A stretch of DNA of 29,718 bases from Chiloscyllium plagiosum. Taxonomy: Eukaryota. A model generated the notes under the pieces. It ran no database searches. It worked only from the letters and a program-made list of their open reading frames with translations, and had not been told where the DNA came from. The DNA lies in the NCBI RefSeq assembly GCF_004010195.1, contig NC_057719.1, positions 56,965,187 through 56,994,904 of the forward strand. The letters run 5' to 3'. The translations under genes were made by a program, and so were the position numbers. Below are positions 10,160 through 21,783 of this stretch, piece after piece; the first letter of the stretch is position 1; the number at the start of each line of letters is the position of its first letter.

Positions 10160-10927
10160 GGCTTTGTGTGGTGTTGTAGAACAGAGAAACCCAGGGGTTC
10201 AGGTAAATAATCCTTTGAAGTTTGCGTCATATGTAGATAAGTTAGTTAAGAAGGCATTTAGCACGCTTGCCTTTGTTACTCAACCTATGACTTTGTGAGT
10301 GTTGATGTCATGTTGAGGTTGTACAGGACAGTGGTGACACTTCTTCTGGAGTACTGTATGCAGTTCTGGTTGCCCTGTTACAGAAAGGATGTTATTAAGA
10401 GTTCAGAAAAGATGTTCCTGGGAATAGAAGATTTCAGTTATAAGGAGAGGCTGGATAGGCTGGGATCTTTTTTCAATGGTGTGTACGTGGTTGAGGAGTA
10501 CTCTTAAAGATGTTTACAAAGTCATGAGGGATACAGGCAAGGTGAATGGCAGGTGTCTTTTCCCTTGGATCAGGACTTCAAGACTAGGGGGCATATTTTT
10601 CACATGAGAGGAGAGAGATTTAAGAAAGAAAACGAGGGCCAACGTTTCATTTCAACTGAGTGGTTCTTTTGTGGAATGAACTTCCAGAGGAAATGGTGGA
10701 TGCGGGTACAATGGCAATATTTAAAAGACATTTTGCTAAGCACATTAATAAGAAATGTTTGGAGGAATATGGGTACAGTGCAGGCAGGGGAATTAGCTTA
10801 TTTTGAGATTTTTTTGGCATGGACTGGTTGGACCAAAGAGTCATACAGCATGCAAGCAGTCCTTATGTGGAGCAGACTTGGGGTGCAAACTGCATGGTAG
10901 ATCCCTCATTTCCTATGTTTCCTTATG
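10160..10927 (+). mobile_element. CR1-like LINE 3' fragment
   Basis: ORFs read DVMLRLYRTVV..LLEYCMQFWLPCYRKDV...SYKERLDRLG and KTRGH.F.MRGERFK. Confidence 0.88.
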
Positions 10928-11108
10928 ATAAACAAAAAAAAATCAGAATTAGATTTAAAAAAAGACTAAATTTAACAAAGAAACTAGTATTATTATATTG
11001 GACATACAATGATGGCTTTAAACAATAATATCACACCCTTAACTCTCAAAACAACAAATATCTGATTTTAGGCATATATATTTAGACAAAACAAAGTATT
11101 ATGCTTAC

Positions 11109-11247
11109 CAAGGATTGGGTTAAACAAGCTGGTCTCCTTTGAGAAATTGGGAAATATGTGAGGCAGATAGTACTTCTTGAAATTTTCAAACAAGAATGCA
11201 AACCCTTTCTCCTGATTTTCTTTGTCTTTCCATTCTAATCCCTTTGC
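11109..11247 (-). CDS. RALGAPA1: RALGAPA1 coding exon (probably exon 8), 139 nt: [46 protein letters not shown]
   Basis: ttttttcatAG acceptor and G|GTAAG donor. Matches human [31 protein letters not shown]. Phase 0 to 1. Confidence 0.96.
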
Positions 11248-12184
11248 CTATGAAAAAATGGTATGTAATTTTTGGTAAGTGTATTAATATGATCATAAAT
11301 AACTTCCATATAAAAACATGACAGAAAAGAAAATCCTCATACTTCCTGAGCCTGACAAAGCTCCAAGGAGTATTAACCTCCTTTCATTGTATCGGGGCGA
11401 CATGTAACGGGATTTGGAAAAAATGTCACAGCCTTTATCTAGCCACTGATTGCATTGTTACTTTCAGCATAGCTCATGAAAATATTAGTCAAAAGTGAAA
11501 AGTGATGTAGAATTTCAAGTACAAAACAATTCCAGCTCAGTTTATTTGACATTTTTCTCAACATTAAAAATAATTGTGCTACAAACTAGTTCCCAGTCCT
11601 GACTTTTGCCAGTTCTTGAGGACAGGTGAAGGGTGTCCTTAGTTGTTGAAAAGGGCAGGGGATGTTAATTGATGAGCAGGGCAGGGAAGAGAGGTGATGT
11701 TGATTGGTTAGCAGGAGGAACGGGCAGCAGCTGATAAGCAGGGTGATGGTGTCAGTTATTAAACTGACTGGGTAAGAGGACTTCAGTTGATGACCAGGAG
11801 GGAAACGGTAGCATTGATTGATGAGCAGAAATCAGACATCCAAGCAAAATGCTGAAAAAAAAGGGGGAAATAGAAAGAAAGAGAAAGGGTGGAGAGAGTG
11901 GAGTGTGGGGAGGGGACAGACACAACAGAAGATACAAATTCTTTCAATGGGTTCATGACAAAGAGAGTACGGGAACTAACATGACATAGTGAAATCAAGA
12001 TCAACATTGCTGTTGGATCGATTTGCCCAACCTAGGTTCGTTTTGAGAAATTTGAAGTGGAAAATAACAAAAAAAAATCAATGCAATAATGATTAAAACA
12101 CAGTTGTTTCTAGTTTAGTGGTTGAGTAATAGACAAAGTCTTTTAACAAATGGTTTAATAGGGTTAGTACTATAAAGCTTCTAC

Positions 12185-12300
12185 CTGGATTACCATATAT
12201 TTTAGCAGTGCATCAAGAAAGTAGCTTGTAAGATCATCTTGTCCTTTGTCTCCCGATTGTGGGGGCACAAGGGGAGTGATTTCTTCTGGAGTGACTTGAG
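12185..12300 (-). CDS. RALGAPA1: RALGAPA1 coding exon (probably exon 7), 116 nt: (T)[38 protein letters not shown]
   Basis: cAG acceptor and CAG|GTAGA donor. Near-identical to human RALGAPA1 [39 protein letters not shown], and distinct from RALGAPA2 LLPAISGEKIAEDQT. Phase 1 to 0. Confidence 0.97.
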
Positions 12301-12665
12301 CTGTCAGGTAGATATGGATATATAACATGAATCATGTCAAAAATACTTCACTATGAATACCTAATAATATTTTATTCAAGGACAAGAACATTACACTCTT
12401 AAGTTCCCACCTACTCAAATTTATTCTTACAACACAGATTTAGTATCCTTGATTTGCATTGGTTCATTATAAATTGCTAAGTTGCTTTTTGTTTGAAATC
12501 AAGATTGCTGAAAAATCTACGATATTAGACTTGAAGCATTATTTCAACTATGTGAATTGATTCATAACATATACAATTGTACTGGCACTGCACAGTAATG
12601 GGAGAAAAAGAAAACAGATTTCAAAATATTAGTGAGAGGTGAAACAGAAAATGCACAGCTCTTAC

Positions 12666-12843
12666 TTTCTTGAAAACAGAATGTGGAATTGATCAGATTG
12701 TCCAGTGTTCGAGGTCCCTGCTCTGAAAGGAGTGGTGGGAAACCAGGAATAAGGCAGGCAAAAATATGGAGTTGTTCTTCAGTGCAATTGTGTTGGAGTG
12801 CTTGCATCCATAACAAAAAAAGACGTACACCTTCTCGCCTTAT
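12666..12843 (-). CDS. RALGAPA1: RALGAPA1 coding exon (probably exon 6), 178 nt: [59 protein letters not shown]
   Basis: cAG acceptor and GTAAG donor. Overlaps ORF 12562..12816. Matches human [17 protein letters not shown]...[10 protein letters not shown]. Phase 0 to 1. Confidence 0.97.
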
Positions 12844-13218
12844 CTGAAGTGGATTGAAAATTAATTCAAAACTTCTTGATGAAAACTTATTTGCTTTAAG
12901 TTTTTCATTTCATAGCTAATAATTTCAATAACACAATTAAGGGCTTTTTAAAAAGTTAAAGCAATTTGGTCTGGAACTCATGAAACACTCAGTATTTGAA
13001 GTACAAGTTAAAAGAGTGGGCTTCTCTAAAGAGGACATTAGGTTTTTAAACAATCAATCCTTATAAACAAAATAAAGCACTGTTATAACAAATATTTGAA
13101 AAAAAATGTAAAACACGATCAATATGAAAACAGTTTTAAAAATGCATTTAATCACACTATGTTCCAGGATATTTCTAATGATGTCTCAAAATGATTCTTT
13201 TAAAAAAATCTGCAAAAC

Positions 13219-13262
13219 CTTCAAGGAGTTCCCAAAATGAAGGAGTTTTTTCAAAGTCAAGC
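13219..13262 (-). CDS. RALGAPA1: RALGAPA1 coding exon (probably exon 5), 44 nt: (G)LTLKKLLHFGNSLK
   Basis: Polypyrimidine tract plus cAG acceptor and AAG|GTtttg donor. Matches human GLILKKLLHTGNSLK. Phase 1 to 0 keeps the frame. Confidence 0.93.
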
Positions 13263-14084
13263 CTGCAAAAAGAAAAGAAAAACAGCATTTGCAACACTGA
13301 AGAAAATATATTATAAACAGTGTAAAGATAAAATGTCCGAGGTCTCGGTCAGACTTGGTAAATATTTATAATCAAGTCCTTGGCATTCTCTACATTACTC
13401 TTGGTAACCTTTCTACCCTTTGGCATTATTTTATTGCCAAAAGGAAAAGGAGAGATCACCATTTTATGCACATTGTTCAACTACTAAATTACTATCGTTA
13501 AGTTGTGCAGACATATATGTATTTTCACCTGCCCTTTCTTTTTCAATGCTACTGAAATACTGGATTCAGAAATATTCAGAGGATATAACATTGAAATTGA
13601 GCAAGTGAAAATGAAGATTCTCAAGTTATTTTTCTCAGCAAATTATTAACTGTAAGAAGACTTCTGTCCTGCTATACATATGGGATGTCACTACTCCGTA
13701 TCAGTGTTGATGTTCATGAACTATATCTAGAAAACAGAGGATGGAAATAAGGCTTACTATGACAGACTAAAATTGGAAGGGCAGTTGGGGTAAACCTTGA
13801 CAATAAAGAATGACACAAATAAGGGTGCAAGCAAGTATCTTGGTTCAAAACAGCAGGAAATGTAAACAGTATGGGTGGAGATAAGAAATGACAAGGTCAG
13901 AAACTGCTAATGGGAGTAATCAAAAGGGGCTCCAACCGTAGCTAGACTAAACTTCTGAACTATAAATTGCTTGACTTTTTGAAATTAGGCATTCTTGTTT
14001 TGTCCAGATGAGTGCAAGATGGAAGGCTTCAGCAACACCTCTTTTCAGCAATATTATGATCTGTACTACCAAGCAACAGTTTTA

Positions 14085-14575
14085 TTCATTTATCACTTTT
14101 CTGTCCTGATTGAACACAACTGATTTAACTTGCTAGACCATCACAGAGGCAGTTAAGAGTCATAGAAACAAAAAAGAAAATGAGTAGACCCTTCAATCCT
14201 GCTCTACCATTCAGTGAAGAAAATTCTCATCTCAGTCCCAATAGCCTAGCCTGTATCCATAGACGCTTGGTTCTAGACTCCCTAGTCATTGGGAACATGC
14301 TTGCTGTGTTTACCCTGCCTAATCCTATCAGAGTAAACCTCATTGCTGTGGATCTGAAATTACATGCAGGCCAGATCAGGTAAGAAAGATGTATTTCTTT
14401 CCCTGAATGATATTAGTAAACCAGATGAGTTTTCAATGACATTTTCGCAGTTTCAGTATCATTAGAGACATTAGGTTTTTATTCCACAAGTATTAAATAG
14501 CTGACAAAATAGGAGTTGAACTCATGGTCCTGGAGCATAATCTGGTGATCTGGACTATACTAGCATTAAAAGAAT
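14085..14575 (-). mobile_element. Degraded SINE-like repeat interrupted by a short CR1 3' piece (about 14161-14330)
   Basis: B-box-like sequence near 14515-14530. AGAGT is repeated on both sides of the interruption. Confidence 0.45.
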
Positions 14576-14629
14576 TGCAGGAAATTAAAATTACTGAGAA
14601 AAATAAAGTGACTGACAGACAACAAATCC

Positions 14630-16375
14630 ACTGATCCAATGATCTCCACCTTGCTTTCAAATTTAAAAAAAAGGTTTCTGCAACAATAGAAGATACACTA
14701 GTTGCAAATTTCAAATATTCCCTAGATACTGGGGTAATTCCAGTAGATTGCAAGATAACAAATGCAGTACTGGTATTCAGGAAGGGAGATCCAAGAAAAC
14801 TGGAAACTGCAGGTCAATTAGCCTGATGCATGATCAGGAAAATGCTAAGGCCAATTATTAAAGATATGGTAATGGGACTCTGAGAAAATTACATTCTTAC
14901 ACAGAGGCAACAAGGTTTTAATAAAGGGAAGATCATGCTGGCAAATAAGATTTTTTTAAGAATGTAACTCAGGGTGGATAAAGGAGGCTGAATGTTTAGA
15001 TTTACAAAAGGCATTCAATATAGTACCATATGGTACTGATTGGCATGTTGGCTCAGTGGTTAGCACTGCTGATTCACAGTGCCAGGGACCCAGGTTCAAT
15101 TCTCGCCTCGGGTGACTGTCCGTGTGGAGATTGCACATTCTCCCAGTGTCTGCGTGGGTTTACTCTGGTTTCCTCCCACAATCCAAAGATGTGCAGGTCA
15201 AATTAATTGGCCATGCTAAATTGCCCATAGTGTTAGGTACATTATAGGGGTAAACATAGGGTAGGGGAATGGGTCTTGTGGGGTACTCTTCAGAGGGTCA
15301 GTGTGAACTTGTTGGGCTGAGGGGCCCGATTCCATACTGTAAGGATTCTAATCTAATCATATGAGAAGTAAAGAAAATTACTTGTTTATGCACAGAATAG
15401 GCATAAACAAGTAATTTTCACATTATGAAGTTGTTTCTAATGTAGCAGCATAAAGATAAGTAGTGGGGCTGCAGCTGATTACATGGTATTTTAAGAATGT
15501 GGATGAAGAGATCAAATCTGATGAATCCTAGCTGGTTAATAATGTTAAGCTAGATGGCATAATGAGCAGGTTAGAGGACACAATTTGCAAAAGAATATAA
15601 ATAGAAAAAATTAATGGGTAATAAGATAGCAGATAGATTGTGGGAAGGAGTATTACATTATTCATTAACTTTGGTAGCAAGAAGAGGGGAGATTTTTCAA
15701 ATACTGTGAGAAACTATTAAACATTGACTTCCAGAGGAATTTGGTTATTCTTCTATACAAAACAGAAAGTTAACATTAAAAGGACGTAAATGGCTGCTGC
15801 CCAATAGCACAAGGAAGTTGGAGTACAGCTTAAGGAAGACTCGGTATAATTGTATAGCTATTAGATGCTGCCAAATCTGGAGTTCCAGGTAAAGCTTTGG
15901 TCACCTGTCCCAAGCAAAGTTCATCCAAGTGATTCCCTTGATAAGGAAATTTTTCTATAAAGAGACTGATTTGAAATGGCCTTTTCTCCTTAATATTTAG
16001 TAATAAGGTGCTGAGACAAACAAGACTCTACACTCCATGACGGATTAGATATAAAGGTTGTTTCACTTGGGAGTGTAGAACCAGACAGCACAGTCTTTGG
16101 ACAAGAGAACAGCCATTTAGGGCAGAGATGAGGAGCAATTTTATTCATTCAGAAGGTTGTGCAGTCACGGAGTATAATCAGGGCTATTACATTTTGCTAT
16201 TCTGAGCGAATCAAGAAAGATGGAACAAGAGTTGGAGTACAGAATAAGGAAGTTTGCTGTAATTGTACAGACCTTCGGCATGGCCTTACTTGGGCAGGAA
16301 AGAGATTGTGGATCAGAAATTATAATACTAAATATCAGAGTAAGGTCTGCGTGCTTATGATGTATTCCTGCTCTA
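14630..16375 (+). mobile_element. Old degraded CR1-like LINE, RT to 3' end
   Basis: Reads GVIPVDCKITNAVLVFRKG and DLQKAFNIVPY (equivalent to KAFDKVPH). CR1 tail motif CCATTTAGGGCAGAGATGAGGAGCAATTTT at about 16113. Confidence 0.7.
15041..15357 (+). mobile_element. HE1-type SINE inserted in a CR1
   Basis: GGCTCAGTGGTTAGCACTGCTG head, GGTTCAATTC B box and TCTAATCTAAT tail. CATATG is present on both sides. Confidence 0.9.
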
Positions 16376-16523
16376 ATTTTCTTTGAAACAGCTGAAAACT
16401 TTATAATTGTTTAGGCTACTGACCTCTCAAGGCTGTTGCAAAGGACACAGTTAAAGATGTACATTCACTTTTTTCAAAAAACACGACTGATATAATCAAC
16501 ACTCAAAGAATATTTAAAGTTAC

Positions 16524-16581
16524 CTATACTGTGAAACTGCCATCTGCTCTGAATTCTTTCTGGAAGGTGTTGTAAGATTTT
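16524..16581 (-). CDS. RALGAPA1: RALGAPA1 coding exon (probably exon 4), 58 nt: KILQHLPERIQSRWQFHSI(G)
   Basis: Minus strand reads ...ttcttacAG|AAAATC...AGTATAG|GTaact. The translation matches recalled human RALGAPA1 [20 protein letters not shown]. Phase 0 start and phase 1 end are compatible with the next exon. Confidence 0.95.
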
Positions 16582-17107
16582 CTGTAAGAAAAAAAAACTC
16601 AATTTGGATCAAGTTTGGAGTAAAGACAGCAAATACAAAAAGTTTGTTCCATAAAATCTTAACTAACATGTCTCTTAAAAAGTGTGTTTTTATTTTCCAC
16701 TCAAATTGTAAATTGTAAATGCATTTTTGTGCACAAGTTTACAACTTTCCTACAAATGCATAACCGTTAAAGTCTTATCATCATGTAATGGAAGAACACT
16801 ATGTTAATCTTTATTACAGACATTCTATTCTAGATTAGCACAAATGTCCTCAAATTAAGTACTAAGAAGACGGAAGCCATTGTTTTTAGTCTTTGCCATA
16901 ATCTCAGTTCCCTAGCTGCTAACTCCATCTGTTTTCCTGAAAACAGTGTCAGATATTGGCCATTGGTTTGCAACGTTGGTGTCACATTTAATTCTCAGAT
17001 GAGCTTCTGGCCTTATTTGCTCCGCTACCAAGATCATCTGTTGCAACCTCCATAATATTGCCCCTGTTTTAGTTCAACTGCTACCAGAGCCTCATTCATG
17101 CCTTTGT

Positions 17108-17692
17108 TATAGAGTATACAGCACTGAAACAGCCTCTTTGGTCCAATCAGTCCATGCCAAACATAATCCCAACTAAATTAGTCTCACCTGTTTGCTACTG
17201 GCCCATATCCGTCCTATTCATGTACTTGCCGAAAGGTGTTTTAAACATCCACCACTTCCTCAGGAAGTTCATTCCACATGCGAACCACTTCCTATGCAAA
17301 AAAGTTGTCCCTTAGATTTTTTTTAAAATCTCTCTCCTCTGACCTTAAAGATATGACCCATAGTCTTGAAATCCCCCATCTTAGGGAAAATACAACTGCC
17401 ATTAACTCTATCTGTACCCTTCATGATTTTATAAACTTATATAAAGGTCACCTCTCAACTCCTATGCTCCAGTGAAAAAGTTCCAACCTACCCAGCCTTT
17501 CTTTACAACTAAAACCTTCCATACTTGGCAACATTCTGATAAATCTCTTCTGAACAACCTCCAGCTTATTACTATCCTTCCTTAAACTGGGCAACCAGAA
17601 CTGAACACAGTATTCCAGAAGAGGTTTCACCAATGTCCTATACAACTTCAACATGACTTCCTAACTCCTATACTCAGAGGTCTGAGCAATTA
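17108..17692 (-). mobile_element. CR1-like LINE 3' fragment
   Basis: ORF 17448..17654 reads MLKLYRTLVKPLLEYCVQFWLP...LEVVQKRFIRMLP. Confidence 0.9.
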
Positions 17693-17788
17693 CTCTTAGA
17701 TTAGACTCTTTCAAAGCTTTTTATACACTCCGCAAACTTGTGGTTTTACAGACTTTTGTTGCTCCTCTTAGGTCCCTTTTATAACTTT

Positions 17789-18027
17789 TAAAAGGGACCT
17801 AAGGGACAACTTTTTCATGCACAGGGTTATGAGTGTATGGAATGAGCTGCCAGATGAAGCAGTGGGGCTGGTACAATTGCAGCATTTAAAAGGCATCTGG
17901 ATGGGTATATGAATAGGAAGGATTTGGAGGGCCAAGTGTTGGCATAGAGGACTAGATTAGGTTAGGATATCTGGGTCAGCATGGACGAGTTGGAGCAATG
18001 GGTCTGTTTCCATGCTGTATATCTCTA
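17789..18027 (+). mobile_element. 5'-truncated CR1-like 3' end
   Basis: Contains AAAAGGGACCTAAGGG, GTATGGAATGAGCTGCCAG and GGTCTGTTTCCATGCTGTA CR1 tail motifs. Confidence 0.8.
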
Positions 18028-18111
18028 AGAGTCATATATATATATCTTAATTCACAGCAAGCACTGTTCTCCTATCATCCCAGCATTTGCCACCTTAATT
18101 TGGCTCCCAAT

Positions 18112-18381
18112 CAAAGAAGTGCAGATAGAAGTCATTTGACCCACTGAGTCTGCACCAACCTTCCAAACAGCATCTGACCCAAACCCATCCCATTCCCCCG
18201 CTTACCATGGCCAATCCACCTAATCTGGACATATTTGTGGATTGTGGGATGAAACCAGAGCATCCAGCAGAAACTCCAAACAGTCATCCATGTCAGACAC
18301 AGTCGCAGATTTCAATGGAATCAAACAGGGGTCCCTGGCACTGTAAGGCAGAAGTGCTACCCTCTGTGCCATCATGCCACC
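18112..18381 (-). mobile_element. Older HE1-type SINE
   Basis: Similar to 5221-5535: ATGGCCAATCCACCTAA, GATTGTGGGATGAAACC and a head near 18381. Confidence 0.75.
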
Positions 18382-18934
18382 AGTCAAACAATGTCTGGAT
18401 TATAAATCCCTCCAAGGCCTCACCTACTGCATCTCTAATCAGCTCCAGTCTCATTTCTTTGAAGGATACCTGCACTCCTTCAACTCCAGCTTTTTGTACA
18501 CCCTCAATTTTGGTTGCTCTACCTGACCATGCCTTCAACTGGTTAGGGCCAAACTCTGGCATTCCCTCCTTACACTTCTTTGTATGTCTATCTTACTATG
18601 CATATTTCAAACAAATCTTTAAATCTACTACTTTGAATAAACTTTTGGTCATCTAATCCAATATTGCTTTATGTCGTTTGTTGACATACTTTGCTTTTTG
18701 TGCCTTTGAAGCACTTAGGGCCATTTCATTGAATGAAAGGCATTACATATCCACTAGTACTGTTCCTGGAAGCCTACTTAAAATTTAGAGCAGACTGTGC
18801 AGAGTCTCCCTCTCCCTTTCAAAGGGCTCGTCAAAAGTCTTCATACAGCCACACATATTTGCCCAATGCTCAAGAGCCTATACTGCTATTCAATACCAAA
18901 CTATGGACAATGTTAATGCAAAAATATCAGTACA

Positions 18935-20720
18935 AAATCAAAATGTCTCAGGTGCTGGAAAACCAAAATAAAATAGAAAGGTTAGAGATAGCAAGTTTTG
19001 ACGAGATTTGTAGCTCAGGTTGAGGTTCTGGATGTATGCTTGCTGAGCTGAAAGGTTCGTTTTCAGACGTTTCGTCGTCTAACTAGGTATCATCATCAGT
19101 GAGCCTCCAGATGACGCCTTGGTGCTGTGGCCTGCTTTGAAACACAGATACAAAGCAGGCCATACCGCCAGGGCTTCATCTGGAGGCTCACTGATGATGT
19201 TACCAAATATGGTGATGAAACATCTGAAAATGAACCTTCCAGCTCAGCAAGCAAACCTACATCCAGGCTGGAGGTACTCTGCGTTAGGCAGAACTTGAGG
19301 AGAGAGAATGTTTCAGTTAGATGACTATTCATTAGAACAGTGAAAAGTTAAAAATGTAATAAGTGAAAGGGAGAGGGTGTGAAAACAAAAAACGGACAGT
19401 TATTGATTAGGTAGAAGGCAGGAAAGATTAAATAACCGAATATTTCATGCTGGCCAAAGAGACAAGATATCAAAGTTGCATCTTGGCAGAATGACAACCA
19501 AATGCCATCTGAAAACAAAAGAACACGAAATGAACAAGAATGAAACCAAATATTCAAGAAAAAGGAAACAAAATGGAGGGCAGTAATTATAGGCTGAATA
19601 TTAAGTTTGGGCAGCTGGCAAGTAATGAAACTAAATACAAGCTGCTGATTCTTAAAGTTACATTTATACTACTGTTTTACCTGAAAAGTCTGTTTCAGGC
19701 CTTGGAAGGTAAAAAGACAGGTGTTTGATCTCTTGTACTTTCCATGGAAGTACCAGCCTAAGAGTTTATGAGTAACAGGGGCATGGGCCAGGGTAGTGCA
19801 AGTAAAACAGTCCCTTAGGAATGTTTAAAGAGGAGAGGAGAGAAAGAAGTGGCCGCATAATGCAGATAGGTGATAGAAACAGTAGAGGGATATCTTTTCA
19901 ACATGGAAGCAGGTGTGGTGGCAGCAGAACACAATATGAGCTCTGCCAAGGTTCTAGGAGTCAGATGGATGGAGAACAGAAGAACAGGAAAAATACAAAT
20001 ATGATCCAGAGTACTAACAACAATGTCCAGAGTAGGTGTATGAAGAATCCTTCGTTGGGGAAAGGAATCAAAATCAGCAGTGCTGATTTGGAAGATTGCA
20101 TCATAAGAACAGTAGAAAAAGGCAAATTAGGAGAATGGAATTCAGTCTGCACATTAACAGAAGTGTAACTGAAATAGCGGAGAGTCAGAGGTTATAATAG
20201 GCCATAAATCAGTCCTTAAAAATTAAGTCACAGAAATCAAAAAATGGAAGACTCCAGATGGAGAAAGAGAAGAACAAAGGAGGTTGGAAATTGGAAGCAA
20301 ATTAAATGAAAATGTTTCCAGTTCAGGCATAAGTAGGAGGGTGCCCGAGTAGGATTAAAACAGAGAATGTTCTTCAAATTCCATTAAAAAAAACAGATAT
20401 TACCAGGCCCTATGTGGAATCCCATAGTTTTACTTGGAGGAAGTGAGTGAATTGAAGTGCAAGTTATTCAATGTGGGAAAAATTCGGTCAGATTGGTTGG
20501 GCCTCCACTGAAGGAATAACTGGCAGAAAGTGAAACTATGCAGAGATTGGTATTCATAGTGAAAATTAGTGTGTTAGAACCAGGAAACTTAAAATGTGGT
20601 TGGTGAGAAGGTGAGAGCAACATCTTGACAGAGTCATGGATGAAGGTGGGAAGAAACCTGTCACAACCACTGAGCATGTCCACAGCATTGCCGACAAACT
20701 GCAAATTTATCTGGTTCCTT
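18935..20720 (-). mobile_element. Degraded Penelope-like (probably Neptune-type) element: RT remnants and terminus
   Basis: Minus strand reads LPTFIHDS...FKFPGSNTLIFTM, TLNNLHFNS, HFLQVK, MGFHIGP and EEHSLF*SYSGTL, which resemble PLE RT. Heavily frameshifted. Confidence 0.6.
18993..19266. mobile_element. Palindromic Penelope-terminus element with hammerhead-type cores on both strands
   Basis: Arms 19028-19139 and 19151-19266. Plus core TCA-CTGATGA...GAAACATC-TGA (19188-19227); minus core TCA-CTGATGA...GAAACGTC-TGA (19063-19102). Shares the AGATTTGTAGCTC terminal motif with 678-1329. Confidence 0.8.
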
Positions 20721-20856
20721 TAACCTCTTTTTTAAATTTGTGCGATTCAAGTTAAAAGTATTAAGCTTTTATTTAAATAGGACACATTAGTTTATGTCAA
20801 GCTTTTGCTGAGGTTTCTATTTTTTTCTTTGCTTATCTCTCTTCAAAAAAAAAATT

Positions 20857-21156
20857 GGGCAGCATGGTGGCTCACAGCACCAGGGTCCCAGGCTCAATTC
20901 CAGCCTCAGGCAACTGTCTGTGTGGAGTTTGCACATTCTCCCCACATCCACATGGGTTTCCTCCGGGTACTCCGGTTTCCTCATACAGTCCAAAGATGAG
21001 CAGGTCAGGTGAATTGGCAGTGCTAAATTGCCCATAGTGCTAGATGCATTAGTCAGAGGGAAATGGATCGGGGTGGGTTACTTTTCGGAGGGTCGGTGTG
21101 GACTTGTTGGGCCAAAGGGCCTGTTTCCGCACTGTGGGAATCTAATCTATATCTAA
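20857..21156 (+). mobile_element. HE1-type SINE with a deletion in the tRNA head
   Basis: Core and TCTAATCTA tail are present. It lacks GTGGTTAGCACTGCTGCCTCA (CTCA microhomology). AAAAATT flanks both sides. Confidence 0.9.
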
Positions 21157-21783
21157 ACGAAAAATTAACCAAAAAAATTACAAATACCAAAATTAAAGCA
21201 AATACAAAAAACATTTAAAAGGCGCAAGTCTCTGTGGTATACCACTGGGCCATTTGCTCAAGTTGTTTGTTGCTCAAGTGAAGACATGAACCCCTGAATT
21301 CAGAATAAAGCATATGTGATGGCTTCTGTAGTTGAACAATTTGAGCTTGCTTTGAGAGAAAGAGATGGTCTCGTGCTCTTCACTTGTTGTGTGGTCTTGG
21401 CACATGCAGATTTCCTGAACTCTTTCAGCACAGCAGTGATGGATATAAAGAAAAATCTTTTAAACTGAAAACTCTTCTCTTATAATGTCAAATGTTGAGA
21501 AATCACCACTTGACTTGAGATTGATATACAGTGCTGCCACCAATCCTACTTTCTATTATTTTAAATAAGTCAAACAACCCAATTGAGCCAAAATTGGTTC
21601 AATAGGCCCTAAAAGGCACTGAACAAATATCAAAATCACAAATGAAACTCAGTTGAAGAGTCTAGTTATCAGCAATAGAGGATAAATTATGTGATGAAAA
21701 GTGTGTAATCTATATATATGTTGGTATCACTTTTAGTGTTGATTCTTTTTGAATCTGAATGGTGACCTAATACAGTATGTATG

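Larger units (their letters stand above)
16840..18730 (+). mobile_element. Ancient L2-like LINE 3' part, split by two CR1 fragments and an HE1 SINE
   Basis: Collinear motifs: KKTEAIVF, NVGVTFNSQMSF, LIHAFV, RLD-like, SPIIP..WLP, KSLQGL and AFNWLGP-like. Confidence 0.6.

Noticed and set aside
11752..12007. Hydrophobic minus-strand ORFs between two exons
   Set aside because: They are products of a purine-rich low-complexity tract, and the flanking exons already join in frame with no gap relative to the human protein.
19821..20168. 115 aa plus-strand ORF
   Set aside because: It is antisense to a decayed Penelope-like element and has no recognisable domain or splice support.
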